NCBI RefSeq assembly: GCF_001194135.2
Contig: NC_068987.1
Location: 49,522,104-49,586,103, forward strand
DNA from: Octopus bimaculoides
Taxonomy: Eukaryota
DNA length: 64,000 nt
Direction: 5' to 3'
A program made the position numbers and the translations under genes. The notes below the pieces were generated by a model that worked only from the letters and a program-made list of their open reading frames with translations, did no database searches and had not been told where the DNA came from. Positions 35,605-47,689 of the stretch are shown here, piece after piece; position 1 is the stretch's first letter, and each line of letters starts with the position of its first letter.

Positions 35605-35830
35605 TGGTGTCCATAAAGTCTTTTTACAATTTAAAAAATTTATTACAAAGGCAATTGATAAGATATCTTAATCAGACTTGTTCTATTGTACTCAGTGGTT
35701 TTCAAAGTTTTTAATCACATTGCATTTTTGTGTTTCAGGCATCCTGCAGATTAAAGAGGCATTTTTTTAATGACCCCGCTAAGAAATGGCTACTCCTCAA
35801 GAGAAGTCACAATGTGTATCAAGTACAGCA
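35605..35830 (+). mobile_element. Tc1/mariner-superfamily 5' end (MATPQEKSQCVS type)
   Basis: TIR-like GGTGTCCATAAAGTC after (TA)n; ATGGCTACTCCTCAAGAGAAGTCACAATGTGTATC. Confidence 0.55.
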
Positions 35831-36299
35831 TAAAGTGAAGGATTCTAGAGAAATGTAAAGCATATTTTAAATAGCAGCAAGAAGTCCAGATTATGCTTGG
35901 CTGAGAAAAGAGCGATTTTAATGAGCTCTCAGCACCCAGACATTTAGCTAAATAGTAGAAGTGAAATTTTTCATCCTTGCCCACATGAAAGGAAGTACAT
36001 CTTATCATACATGCATGCCCTATCATGACTATAATTACCAGTCCCCCAACTTCGGTCTTCCACCGATACCTGGGAGACCAGCAAAGAGTTTGGTCAGAAC
36101 ATACACTAACGCACTCACAAACAAATACACGCCCCAGCATGGCAGATACCCAATATAATCCACCACACAATTATACTCCAACACACACTGCATGCATACA
36201 TAGTAAACGCCCCATGAATTGAACCAAAACACAAAAGAAGTGAAACACTAATAAACACAGATGTGTATGCCCCCACCTCTACACAAAGGCTATACATAT

Positions 36300-36560
36300 A
36301 GTACATGCATTCCATTTCCACAAGAACATCAACCTTAAAGACTCACATATTTCCCACAAACTATTTTCCAGATAACTTGTTGACTTGCAATAAAACCACC
36401 CCAAGACACGAGGTTTTGATACTAAGGGACATAACTCTCAACTTAATTCCCTGGTCGATTCAATTCATCACCTTTTTTCACAGCAACCACAAACCGGATG
36501 TGTCTATTCACCTCCAGCAATAGAGAGCAGACATAACGGCTGCTTCTGAAGAGTGCAGGA
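36300..36560 (+). mobile_element. PLE GIY-YIG C-terminal and tail relic
   Basis: RHEVLILRDITLNL resembles the ExLxIRxxxPxLN PLE terminus; downstream CTGAAGA at ~36546. Confidence 0.4.
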
Positions 36561-36730
36561 TTACATGATCAGACTGTTACACTCTATTGATCCCCTAATG
36601 TGAAATCAATTGGTAAGATCAGCCATAATGGACACGTAATATTGTACACTTCGATTAATATATATGTGTGTGTGTGTAAATGTATACATGTGTACCTATG
36701 TATATATACTTCATGGTTGCCTGTATATAC

Positions 36731-36761
<31 letters not shown>

Positions 36762-37237
36762 CATATATATAAATACTGTATAAAAATTCATAAGTCAGGA
36801 AAAAATGCACCCATATATTTGTCATTAGAGTGGGTATATTAATTGAAGTGTACAGTATTATATATCCGTTACGGCCAATGTTACCGATCAGTTTTGCACT
36901 AGGGTTTCAACTGTAATGGATATAAATTCTTCAATTCATGTACATACATACATATACATAGTAAAATAAGGATTCAGATAGAATCAGGTATTTGAAAAGA
37001 TATGCACCAGGCTAGGTTGGATAAACCTGTGGTTCTGGCCTATGGTTGGTAAGTATCAAGTAGGATATTCCAGTTGTGTACACAGAGAAAAACCAACCCT
37101 GTGAGTATTTAGTGCCTAGGGGCTGGTCCAAATCACACGTTACATTGAGTAGAACATTGTTAGTATACTCTAGGGTGTCCAATAAGTTGTAAATCCCCTT
37201 GGTGTATTTTAATCAAATGAATAATAACATATTAGAG

Positions 37238-37630
37238 ACGCAGAAGTGGCTGTGTGATAAGAACCTTGCTTTCCAAGCACATGGTTCTGGGTTCAGTCCC
37301 ACTGAGTGACACTTAGGTAAGTGTCTTCTACTATAGCCTCAGGCTGACCAAAGCCTTGAGTGGATTTGGTAGACGAAAACTGAAAGAAGCCTATCATATA
37401 TATATTTGTGTGTGTATATGTATTTGTGTGTCTGTGTTTATTCCCCACCATTGCTTGACAACTGATGTTGGTGTGTTTATATCCCCGTAACTTAGCGGTT
37501 TGGCAAAAGAGCCCAATAGAATAAGTACTAGGCTTACAAAGAATAAGTCCTGGGATCGACTTGTTTGACTAAAGGTGGTGGTCCAGCATGGCTGCAGTCA
37601 AATGACGGAAACAAGTAAAAAAATAAAAGA
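37238..37630 (+). mobile_element. SINE family 1 copy
   Basis: Full head-to-tail match to the 44987 copy. Confidence 0.88.
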
Positions 37631-37674
37631 ATATGAAGATGAATAATTGTCAGCTTATTACAGCTGTTTCTTGC

Positions 37675-37945
37675 GCATCTTTTTAATAGAAGAATGAGAA
37701 CATTACTCCATTACAAAATTCATAATCATCAGATCAAATGTAATTTTACAAAATCTGTAATCATCAGATAAAATGTAATTTTATGAACAAAAGAATATCC
37801 CAAGAATATAGCTGGGATGTGGCTGAAGCCTGTCAAGGTAGCAACAGACTTCAGCCACATCCCTGCTATATTCTTGGAATATTCTTTTATTTGTAATCTG
37901 ATGATAACAGATTTTGTAATTCTCATTCTTCTATTAAAAAGATGC
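37675..37945. repeat. Nested palindrome with scrambled hammerhead halves
   Basis: Inner arms AAAAGAATATCCCAAGAATATAGCTGGGATGTGGCTGAAG vs rc; outer arms GCATCTTTTTAATAGAAGAATGAGAA vs rc; TTATTACAGCTGTTTC just upstream. Confidence 0.85.
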
Positions 37946-40281
37946 ATAGCCACTATGAAAGGTTGCTAAATGAAGAGAATGAATGGGAGAAAGAGAGTCT
38001 GCCAAATGTTGACTCAACAGAGGGACTGACTATCCGAATTGACAGTACCTTGATAGATAAAACAATTAAGGGAATGAAGACATGGAAGCCCCCAGCCCAT
38101 CAGGAATCACCACAGTGGTGCTTAAAATATCTGGTGGTGTTGGCTATAGTCTAGTCACCCGTACAGTCAATCAGGTGATACATGAAGGAGTCATACCCAA
38201 TGACTGGTGTAGCAGCACCATAGTCAACTGCTACAAAGGTAAAGGTGACGCTTTAGATACAAATATAGAGGTATCAAGTTGTTGGATCAGGTAATGAAAG
38301 TCATGGAGAGGGTCATAGCCCAACTAATTAGGGAGAGAGTCAGTCTAGATGAGATGCAGTTGGGTTTGTGCTAGGGAAAAGCACTACTGATGCTATATTT
38401 CTGGTAAGGCAGCTGTAGGAGAAATACCTAGCCAAAGATAAACCTCTGTACCTGGTTTTCGTTGACATGGAGAAAACCTTTGATAGGGTCCCCTGATCCC
38501 TTATCCAGTGGTCAATGCAGAAACTAAGGATATATGAGTGGTTAGTGAGAGCTGTACAAGCCATGTACAGGGATGCTGTCAGTAAGGTGAGGATTGGCAA
38601 TGAGTACAGTGAAGAATTCTGGGTAGGAGTAGGGGTCCACCAAAGATCAGTCCTCAGCCTCCCACTATTTATCATAGTCCTCCAGGCAATAACAGAGGAA
38701 TTCCAGACAGGATACCCCTGGGAGCTTCTCTATGCTGATGACCTTGTTCTAATAGCTGAGTCTCTATCAGAACTAGAGGAGAACTTTCAGGTGTGGAAGC
38801 AAGGTCTAGAATCGAAGGGCCTTAGCGTCAATCTAGCAAAAACCAAAGTCTTAGTAAGTATGAAAGGCAGATAAACTACAAATCCCTTCAGGTAGATGGC
38901 CCTGCTCGATCTGTAGAAAAGGTGTAGGAAGGAACTCCATACGATGTACCCAATGTAAGCAATGGAGATATAAGAGGTGCAGCAATATCAAAGGAAGGCT
39001 AACTGGGAAGATAGTTTTTGTGTGGCAAATGCTCAGGACCTATAAACACTGAAAATGTGCAAAAACAACTTCCGTCACATTCCAAGGGAAAAACTACAAG
39101 TATTTGATAGCTTCCAGTACCTAGGTGATCAAGTCAGTAGCAGGGTGGATATTCTGAGAGTGTAGCTGCTAGAATAAGAATAGCCTGAGCAAAGTTCAGA
39201 GAACTCCTACCTCTGCTGGTGACAAAGGGCCTCTTGCTTACAGTAAAAGGTAGACTGTATGAAGCATGTGTTCGAACAGCCATGCTACATGGCAGTGAAA
39301 CATGGGCCGTGACTGTTGAGGACATGCGTACGTTTGCAAGGAATGAAACTAGTATGCTTCGCTGGATGTGTAATATCAGTGTGTATACACGACAGAGTGT
39401 ATGCACCCTGAGAGAAAAGTTGGATTTAAGAAACATTAGATGTGGTATGCAAGAGAGACAACTGCGCTGGTATGGTCATGTGTTCTGTATGGATGAGGAC
39501 AGCTGTGTGAAAAACTGTCACACCCTAGCGGTTGAGGGAACCTGTGAAAGAGGTAGACCCAGGAAGACCTGGGACAACATGTCGAAGCATGACCTTCAAA
39601 CGTTGGGCCTCACCGAGGCGATGACAAGTGACTGAGACCTTTGGAGATATGCCATGCTTGAGAAGACCCAGCAAGCCAAGTGAGACCATAACTGTGGCCT
39701 GTGCCAGTGCAGCATAACCAGCCCATTTAAGAATATCCTCCAATCATTAGGCAATAAACTGCGCTTGCGAAGACCTGTTGAGGCAAGTGAAGTCATTGTC
39801 ATGCCCGATGACAGTACTGCCTGACTGGCACCCATGCCGGTGACTCATAAAAAGCACCATTCGAGCGTAGTCGATGCCAGTACTGCCTGACTGGTCCTGT
39901 GGCAGTGGCACGTAAAAAGCACCATTTGAACATGATCATTGCCTGACTGGTCCCATGCTGGTAGCACATAAGAAGCAGCATTTGAGCACAGTCGTTGCCA
40001 GTGCCATCTGACTGGCTCCCATTCCAGTAACATGTAAAAAGCACCATTCAAGCGTGGCTGATGCCTGTACAGCCTGACTGGCCATCATACTGGTGACACA
40101 TAAAAATCATCCACTACACTCTCGGAGTGGTTGGTGTTAGGAAGGGCATCCAGCTGTAGAAACATTGCCAGATCGGATTGGAGCCTGGTGCAGCCTTCTG
40201 GCTCGCCAGCCCTCAGTCGAACCATCCAGCCTATGCCAGCATGGAAAGCGGACATTAAACGATGATGATGATGATGATGAT
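37943..40281 (+). mobile_element. RTE LINE, 5'-truncated, with RT, 3' UTR minisatellite and (GAT)n tail
   Basis: VDMEKTFDRVP, GVHQRSVLSLPLF, LLYADDLVL, LHGSETWA, QLRWYGHV; stops and frameshifts; (GAT)7 at 40261-40281. Confidence 0.95.
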
Positions 40282-40399
40282 GTATATATGCACACATAAA
40301 TATGTGTGTGTTTGTGTGTCTAGACAACTGAGAGAAATGGAATTAACATACTTTTTTTTAAATCGCTACAATTGTTTCAATGCATTCTCACACCTGTAG

Positions 40400-40600
40400 T
40401 ACATAGGCAAGATGTTGTGCAATCATTATCATACATCCAAGATGTGGAATGTGCCTCCTCAGGCAATTGTTTAATTAGGTTCTTCATGAAATCCTCTTGT
40501 CATTTCACTCACTTTGATAATGTATACCCAGAGTGATGCATCATTTCCAGATTACCGATGAAACTAGTGACAGACAAAATACAGTTTTTATTACACATAT
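40400..40600 (-). mobile_element. Possible piggyBac transposase C-terminal relic
   Basis: ASLWVYIIKVSEMTR / EDFMKNLIKQLPEE resembles the NAWxxY...RRDFxxxLxxxL PGBD motif across a frameshift. Confidence 0.3.
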
Positions 40601-40904
40601 AAACATGTATGGATATGATACACATACACTACTAAAGAAAGGCAAAAAAAAATAAAAAATAAAAAAGGGAGGAAGAAAAGAAAGAAAAATCATCACTGCA
40701 ACTACAAGTGCTTCAATTGGTTGTACACCACAAGGTTCAATGGAACCTACTGAAGCAAGCCCTTCATTTGGTTCTTGAACATCCAGCATTGGGATCGAAT
40801 TTAAAAGCATTTGGGTTGTTATTTTTAGCAGGTAAAGCTTGATTGATTCATGCCATCTTGGTGGCATTTGTCATGCTGACATAGATATATACATATATTG
40901 ATTC

Positions 40905-41235
40905 CGTCAGTCACAAATGACCATGGGTGCACTGAAGAGGCTCCCCTCTGGGGTACAAGTCTGGGTGAAAAGTTGCCTCACTGGTGAACGCACAAACCTA
41001 GGGTTGTTTTTATGGAAGACCAGCAGTCGCCCATGCATACCAGCTTCCCCTCTCCATGCCACCGATGTTATCCAAGAGAAAGGCAAAGGTTAATGCAGCT
41101 TGGCACCAGTGACATTGCAACTCATTTCTACAGCTGAGTGAACTGGAGCCACGTGAAATAAAGTATCTTGCTCAAGAACACAACATGCAACCCTGTCCAA
41201 GAATTGAACTCGCAACTTCACTGAGCCATGCGCCT
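40905..41235 (-). mobile_element. SINE family 3 (tRNA head, V-SINE-like body)
   Basis: rc head GAAGGCGCATGGCTCAGTG..GAGTTCAATTC; TGTGTTCTTGAGCAAGATACTTTATTTCACG shared with 44520-44770. Confidence 0.7.
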
Positions 41236-41339
41236 TCATATACATACATACATACATACATACATACATACATACATACATACAAATATAAGAAGTAATT
41301 AAGACTCAGTTGAATTAGTTACTTAAATTGAGGCACCAA

Positions 41340-41650
41340 GCCAGTTTGGTATAATCCATGCAGCTCGAAGTTAGGTAAATAAAAAGGATGTCCAGATATC
41401 AGTGCATTATGGCTGTTTCAAGTGGCTCCATTTAATCGATCAATGCAAACATTACATCAATTTGAAATAAACCACTCTCCTTGGAAGCAGGCGACCATAT
41501 AGATTTCCAACATAAAGGATAAACCATTATTTTTTAGCAACATTTCATGAGTACAAGAGACTAAAATAATTAGTGTTTCAATTTGCTATTTTTGTAGCAG
41601 AATGAATTTAGGAAAAAAACCATTGAAAATGACAGTTAAGTTCTTATTGG
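41340..41650 (+). mobile_element. Tc1/maT-like transposon 3' end
   Basis: IDQCK...LEAGDHIDF-like terminus; TIR-like GGTGGTGATAAATTAATTACTG (rc CAGT...). Confidence 0.45.
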
Positions 41651-41929
41651 TGGTGATAAATTAATTACTGTCAGATACTCTCCCCATCCCTGGGGCCCCT
41701 ATTTTACTGGGACCATATATCCAGCCTTATCTACATAAAAGGAAATATCTCAGAGTTGCTCGTAAGATAATGACAGAGAAGAGGTGATACCCAGAAAGAG
41801 GACGGACAGTGGCAGCTAAACATATGATTATCAAATAAAAGGGCATAGATTGGGAAATAAAAGAGGTCACAATGAGTTCCAAATGTGGGAATTAAACGTG
41901 AGGGTAATGAGGTGTATCCTAACTTAGCA

Positions 41930-42290
41930 TGACTGTGTGGTATGTAGCTTGCTTACCAACAACATGGTTCCGGGTTCTATCCCACTGTGTGGCACCTTGG
42001 GCAAGTGCCTTTTGCTATAGCCTTGGGCCAACCAAAGCCTTGTGAGTGGATATGGTAGATAGAAACTGAAAAGAAGCCCGTATATATGTATGTGTGTGTT
42101 TGACCCCCACCATCACTTGACAACTGATGGTGGCATGTCTGTGTCCCCAAAACTTAGCAGTTTGGCAAAAGAGTCCTGTAGAATAAGTACTAGGCTTACA
42201 AAGAATAAGTTTTGGGGTTGATTTGTTCAAATAAAGGCAGTGCTCCAGCATGGCTACTGTCAAATGACTGAAACAAATAAAAGAATAAAA
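41930..42290 (+). mobile_element. SINE family 1 copy, CpG-decayed
   Basis: Matches the family consensus with TpG/CpA substitutions. Confidence 0.85.
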
Positions 42291-42884
42291 GAATCACTCC
42301 AGTGCCATCCATTTTCAGGGCTAGTCAATTCGGCAGGTAAATATATATTTTAAGTTTAGTCATTTACTCAACATCTTGAAGCAACACATATGCAAAATGG
42401 TATGATTTAATTATATTAAGCTTTTCGTCTTCTTCTTCTCAAGGCTCTTCTACTTTTCTTCTCTTTTCTTTTACGTATTTGTCTTAGCTCCATGTTCCAG
42501 ATTGGATGTGTTACCAAATATGATGAATATTATTTTCAGAATTTTCAATGGCAATACCATAGAACAGTGGAAGCAGCAACAGCTGTTAGATGGGATACAA
42601 TCTATTTGTATTTAAAAGTAATAATCAATGTTAGTCAGTTATTGTTGATCAGTATTTCTCCATTTTCTGTTCACTTTAAAGTTGATTCCTGATAACTCAT
42701 GTTTATCTTTGTCATTGCCTGTAACCTATGAGCATAATATGATTGCATGTGTATGTCCAGGGTTAACATAGGTAATTATACTGGTAGTAAAATGGATATT
42801 TTTATCCCTTAGACAGTTATTCCAACCTCTAATTCTACTAACCTATATATATATATATATATGTACTTCATGGTGACCTAAATG

Positions 42885-43120
42885 TGTGTTATTTCTTTAC
42901 TACCCACAAGAGGCTACACACAGAGGGGACAAACAAGGACAGACAAACAGATTAAGTCGATTATATTGACCCCAGTGCATAACTGGTACTTATTTAATCG
43001 ACCCCGAAAGGATGAAAGGCAAAGTCAACCTCGGCGGAATTTGAACTCAGAACGTAGCAGCAGACGAAATATCGCTAAGCATTTCACCCGGCATGCTAAC
43101 GTTTCTGCCAGCTCGCCGCC
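42885..43120 (-). mobile_element. SINE family 2, full-length copy with complete head
   Basis: rc GGCGGCGAGCTGGCAGAAACGTTAGCATGCCGGGTGAAATGCTTAGCG...GTTCTGAGTTCAAATTCCGCCGAGG...TTGTCTGTCCTTGTTTGTCCCCTCTGTGTG...AGTAAAGAAATA. Confidence 0.92.
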
Positions 43121-43124
43121 TTAT

Positions 43125-43270
<146 letters not shown>

Positions 43271-43294
43271 CATAATCATGATGATGATAATCAT

Positions 43295-43650
43295 CACCAC
43301 CATCATCGTCATCATCATTTAGTGTCTGCTTTCCATGCTGGTATGGGTTAGACTGTTTGACTGAAACTTGTAAGCTGTAGAGCTGCTCCAGGTTCCAATC
43401 TGATTTGGCATGCTTTCTACAGCTGGATGTCCTTCCTAGCACCAACCACTCCAAGAGTGTAATGAGTGCTTTTTACATGTCACCTGTACAGGCGCCAGTT
43501 ACATGACACTTGGCTTGACAAGTCTTCTCAAGCACAGCATATTGCCAAAGGTCTCGGTCACTTATCACATCTGTGAGGCTCAATGTTTGACGGGTGCTTT
43601 TTACATGCCACCGGCACAGGTGCCTGTTATGTGACACTGGTATCAGCCAT
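43295..43650 (-). mobile_element. RTE-tail element copy
   Basis: (CAT)n tail and CTACAGCTGGATGTCCTTCC...; fewer tandem units than the 39.8 kb copy. Confidence 0.85.
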
Positions 43651-44523
43651 AACTATAGTCATGTAGGGTAGAAAAAACACATCATAGAAAGGAAAAGGGT
43701 ATAAATTAATCAAATCTCTAACATCAAGATGAAGTTAATGTGTGATTTAGTAATCACAATAAATAAGAATTATAGAAAGTATTTAATATTTATATGTTTT
43801 TTCTACCCTACATGACTATTTTGTACCTCATAATTACCTCCAGACATACCTATTTTTTTGGTACCCCTATAAATCTATACTTATAATATACAAATATGGT
43901 TATCTTCACTTTATCCTTAAAAATACAAGCTATAGCATTAACTTTCCTTTAGTCTAGATTGGATTGTAGCTACTATAGAGATAAGCTAATTAAGTAAATT
44001 TGAATATTTTTAGTTTTAGATATTGGATATATTAAATATTCTCTATAATTCTTATTTATTGTGATTACTAAATCACATATTAAAATTAAAATTTAACTTT
44101 TATAGCAAATTTTTGATCTCTCACCTTAGTGCATAATCTTCCTGTAAAAACTAAAATTTTAACTTTATCCATTGATGGTATATGGTTTTACTTAAATTTT
44201 TCCATATCACATTTGCTATTGCTGTTAGTTTAGTGTGTATTTTACTTAACTTTAATGAATAGGATGTTTCTTAATAGTTTTTAAACCTTTTAAAATTTTA
44301 TTTGATGCCTGACCCTAAATGATTCCTGTTATTTTATTGTTGTTGTAGTATTATCATTGTTTTTTATGGGTGACTTAAATAAATCTAATCCTTGTTCCAT
44401 TATTATTTTGTATTTAGCCTATGTTAGTTAATACCAGTTCCTGATAATTTAAGATAGTGCAATCTAATTAAATTAGTACATAAATATCATGTTCTCTAAT
44501 AATAGTTTAGTTCACCATTATAT

Positions 44524-44772
44524 GTGGAGGTATGTGGCTTAGTGGTCAGGTTGTCAGCATCATGATCGTAAGATTGTGGTTTCGATTCCTAGACAGGGAG
44601 ACGCGTTGTGTTCTTGAGCAAACCCCTTCATTTCACGTTGCTCCAGTCCACTCAACTGACAAAAATGAGTAACGCTGCGATGGACTGGAGTCCCGTCCAG
44701 CTGGGGAACATATACGCCATTGAAACCGGGAAACCAGGCCCATGAGTTGGGCTAGGCTTTAAAAGGGCGCAT
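44524..44772 (+). mobile_element. SINE family 3 copy
   Basis: tRNA head GGAGGTATGTGGCTTAGTGG..GGTTTCGATTCC; GCGATGGACTGGAGTCCCGTCCAG. Confidence 0.75.
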
Positions 44773-44986
44773 TTAATTATTTTTTTTTTATTCACCATTA
44801 TATTCTATGTTAATTCCAATCATTCATTTTATCAGTTTCTTAAACCTTGATGAGTCCATCATTATATACCATGTAAATCCAATGTATCAATTCTTTATAT
44901 TAACTGTATAATAAATTTGTTTCTTATGTGTCCTTTTAATTATATTAAATATACAAGTTTAATTTTAAAACTTTTAGTCCAATTTT

Positions 44987-45146
44987 AGGCGCAGGGGTGG
45001 CTGTGTGGTAAGTAGCTTCCTTACCAACCACATGGTTCCAGGTTCATTCCCACTGTGTGGCACCTTGGGCAAGTGTCTTCTACTATAGCCTCGGGCCGAC
45101 CAAAGCCTTGTGAATGGATTTGGTAGACGGAAAGAAGCCTGTCGTG

Positions 45147-45201
<55 letters not shown>

Positions 45202-45420
45202 GTGTGTATATGTTTGTGTGTTGTGTTTGTCTCCCCAACATCACTTGACAACCGATGCTGGTGTGTTTATGTCCCTGCAACTTAGCGGTTCGGCAAAAGA
45301 AACCGATAGAATAAGTACTAGGCTTACAAAGAATAAGTCCTGGGGTCGATTTGCTTAACTAAGGGCGGTGCTCCAGCATGGCCGCAGTTAAATGACTGAA
45401 ACAAGTAAAAGAGTAAAAGA
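44987..45420 (+). mobile_element. SINE family 1, full-length CpG-intact copy
   Basis: GGCGCAGGGGTGGCTGTGTGGTAAGTAGC..CACCTTGGGCAAGTGTCTTCTACTATAGCCTCGGGCCGACC..(TA)(TG)..GAAACAAGTAAAAGAGTAAAAGAG. Confidence 0.92.
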
Positions 45421-46804
45421 GAGAGTATATATATAAATTTTAATTTCACATCTTATCTATGGGTCATTTATATTGATGTAAATATGTCTAAATGTACTTT
45501 ACCATAGCATTTTAAATTAATGCCACTTCATTGTTTTTGTATACTGCCTTAATTGATTATTTACATTATTATACACTATTTCATTTTATTCCATTATTAA
45601 TTTATAATTAGTCTTTATTTATTCACATATTAATTAAGCAAATATTGGTATCTCAAGTATTTCAAACTTAGCATATGTAAAACAATACTGATATATTATT
45701 CTGATTAATGAAAACTATGAATAACCATTTACTGTATACAATATAGCAACTTCATTTTTTATATACGTTTGACCTAAGTGCTATATGATAAGACTTCCCC
45801 TGTTTCATTATAAACTGGTCTGCTAGTGGAGAAAACACCCCACTATAGTAGTTTGTCACCAAACCCTAAGAAATTTTATAACTATTGTCTATACTGTTTA
45901 TTCCTTACCCTAAAAAGAAAATGCCAGTGTCCTCTTAAGCTTTGAATCACTAGGTCTGATAAGATAGTCCATAAAACAGAACCAAAAAAAAAAAAGACAA
46001 ATAAAATCAGTGACAGTTAAAATCTACTTAGAATTATTTACTAGCCTGTAAGGTCTGGCTAAGTCAAAATGGTTTTTTGTATTCCTCCTTTCTACTTGGA
46101 GAATTTAGATTTAATTATAAAGATATGTCCTTCTGTTCAAATGTAATTTCATTAAATCTCTATATCTTTGTGCAGCTGAAAATTGCTCTACATTTTATAT
46201 TTGATGTAATGTTTACATTGCTCAATTAAATGGAGTCACATGAAACGATTGTACTGCATTACCTCTGGATATCCTTGTTGCTTGTTTTGATTTTAATCAC
46301 CTTATTTTGAAACTGTATGGATAATACCATACTTAATTCTNNNNNNNNNNNNNNNNNNNNNNNNNNNNNNNNNNNNNNNNNNNNNNNNNNNNNNNNNNNN
46401 NNNNNNNNNNNNNNNNNNNNNNNNNNNNNNNNNNNNNNNNNNNNNNNNNNNNNNNNNNNNNNNNNNTATATATATATATATATATAAAGAGAGAGAGAGA
46501 TGACATGAGAAGTTTTCATCAAGATTACTCAAACTAATAGGCAAGTGTTCTGGGTGTTCAAACAGGTGTGCCACCAAAATTCTTGTTAGAACAGCAAAGG
46601 AAGTTGTGGTTGTGTGATTGTCTTGTCAAAGAAAAAACAGCTGATGGTGGCTTCCCTATGAGTCAGCAGATATAGGTTAAAGTAGTGAGGAAAGGCAAAT
46701 TATTAGTCCAACTAATAACAAGGACATTTGAGTTCATTTAATTTAGTCTAGAAATTTAGCTACATAACGAATGGTAAAAATAGTACAAACTGGTTAGGAT
46801 AGTC

Positions 46805-46892
46805 TCTGATAGCTGTTTTGGGGATATCCCAGCTATTGGAGCATCATATCGACTGAAGAATCTATAAGTTGAGTATACCGTCATCAGAGAAA
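46805..46892 (-). ncRNA. Degenerate hammerhead motif
   Basis: rc TCT-CTGATGA-CGGTATAC...GATATCCCC-AAAAC-AGCT-ATC-AGA; GAAA and stem III mutated, stem II expanded. Confidence 0.45.
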
Positions 46893-47046
46893 TATAGGTT
46901 AGACAGTTAACCACTCTTTCTGATCATGGATTTACCTAAAGACCCAATCCAACTGGATTTAATAAGATCCTCCTACCTTCCTAGACATAATGAACCACAA
47001 CAAATATCATTGACAAGGAACATTCCTCAACTGTCTAACCTATATG

Positions 47047-47102
47047 TCTCTGATGATGGAATACCCAACTTATGCTCCAGTATCTCAGAAACAGCTGTCA
47101 GA
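47047..47102 (+). ncRNA. Near-intact minimal hammerhead, AGCT loop, GUC site
   Basis: TCT-CTGATGA-TGGAATAC..GTATCTCA-GAAAC-AGCT-GTC-AGA; stem II has 7 of 8 pairs. Confidence 0.8.
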
Positions 47103-47229
47103 GGCTATCTTTACCAGTTTGTATTATTTTTACCATTCATTATGTAGCTAAACTTTTAGATTGAATTAGATGAAATCAACTGTCCTTTTTCTGCTTTGAC
47201 TAAATTGTTTGCCTTTCCTCACTACTTTA

Positions 47230-47262
<33 letters not shown>

Positions 47263-47689
47263 CAGATATAGATAGATAGGAATAGATATATATAATATCT
47301 GCATGTATGTAGATATCTGTATATATAATTATAAATAATGAGAAAAACATACTATGATAAAATTTATTTTACCATTGAAAATTTTTGTTTAACAAAAATT
47401 GTTTCACAGTTTAATAAACATGTATAGATAATTTGTTTTAATTTCTGATATAATAAGTAATAAATTACACGTCTGCATTAATATATATACAATCTTTAAA
47501 TCAATGCAGATATTAAGCTAGCCCTTAAGGTGAAAAGAATTCCATGTTTGTTCTTTTTTTTTTAAGTGTGGTGCTTGTTCTACTGGCATCTTTTGCCGAA
47601 CCACTAAGTTATGGGGATATAAAACACCAGCACCAGTTGTCAAGTAGTGGTGTGGGGGATAAACACAGATACACACACAGTTCAAATTT

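Larger units (their letters stand above)
43795..46320 (-). mobile_element. Old AT-rich L1/Tx1-like LINE (RT to C-terminus), interrupted by two SINEs
   Basis: Minus frames give A*EDTGIF (YADD-like, ~45925), KGGIQK (RGxRQG-like) and ILVFTGRLCTKVRDQKF; homologous piece at 22215. Confidence 0.5.
46676..47231. repeat. Diverged inverted repeat (arms ~46676-46905 and ~47029-47231) with hammerhead motifs, PLE-like
   Basis: GTTAAAGTAGTGAGGAAAGGCAAA vs TTTGCCTTTCCTCACTACTTTAAC; TAGCTACATAA..GAATGGTAAAAATA..ACAAACTGG vs rc. Confidence 0.85.

Noticed and set aside
36540-36590. CTGAAGA downstream of a PLE-like tail
   Set aside because: No GAAA half of the core, so not called as a ribozyme.
39795-40110. 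CRISPR-like repeat array
   Set aside because: Eukaryotic context, degenerate tandem units without unique spacers, embedded in an RTE 3' UTR.
40663-40831. Plus-strand open frame (..VLQLVVHHKVQWNLLKQALHLVLEHPALG..) ending at AG|GTAAAG
   Set aside because: In-frame TAA at 40660, no ATG, and only purine-rich sequence where an acceptor is needed; no family recognised.
43660-46320. Possible mitochondrial insertion (very AT-rich, coding-like)
   Set aside because: No recognisable mitochondrial gene or tRNA; LINE-like motifs and a second dispersed copy at 22215 explain it better.
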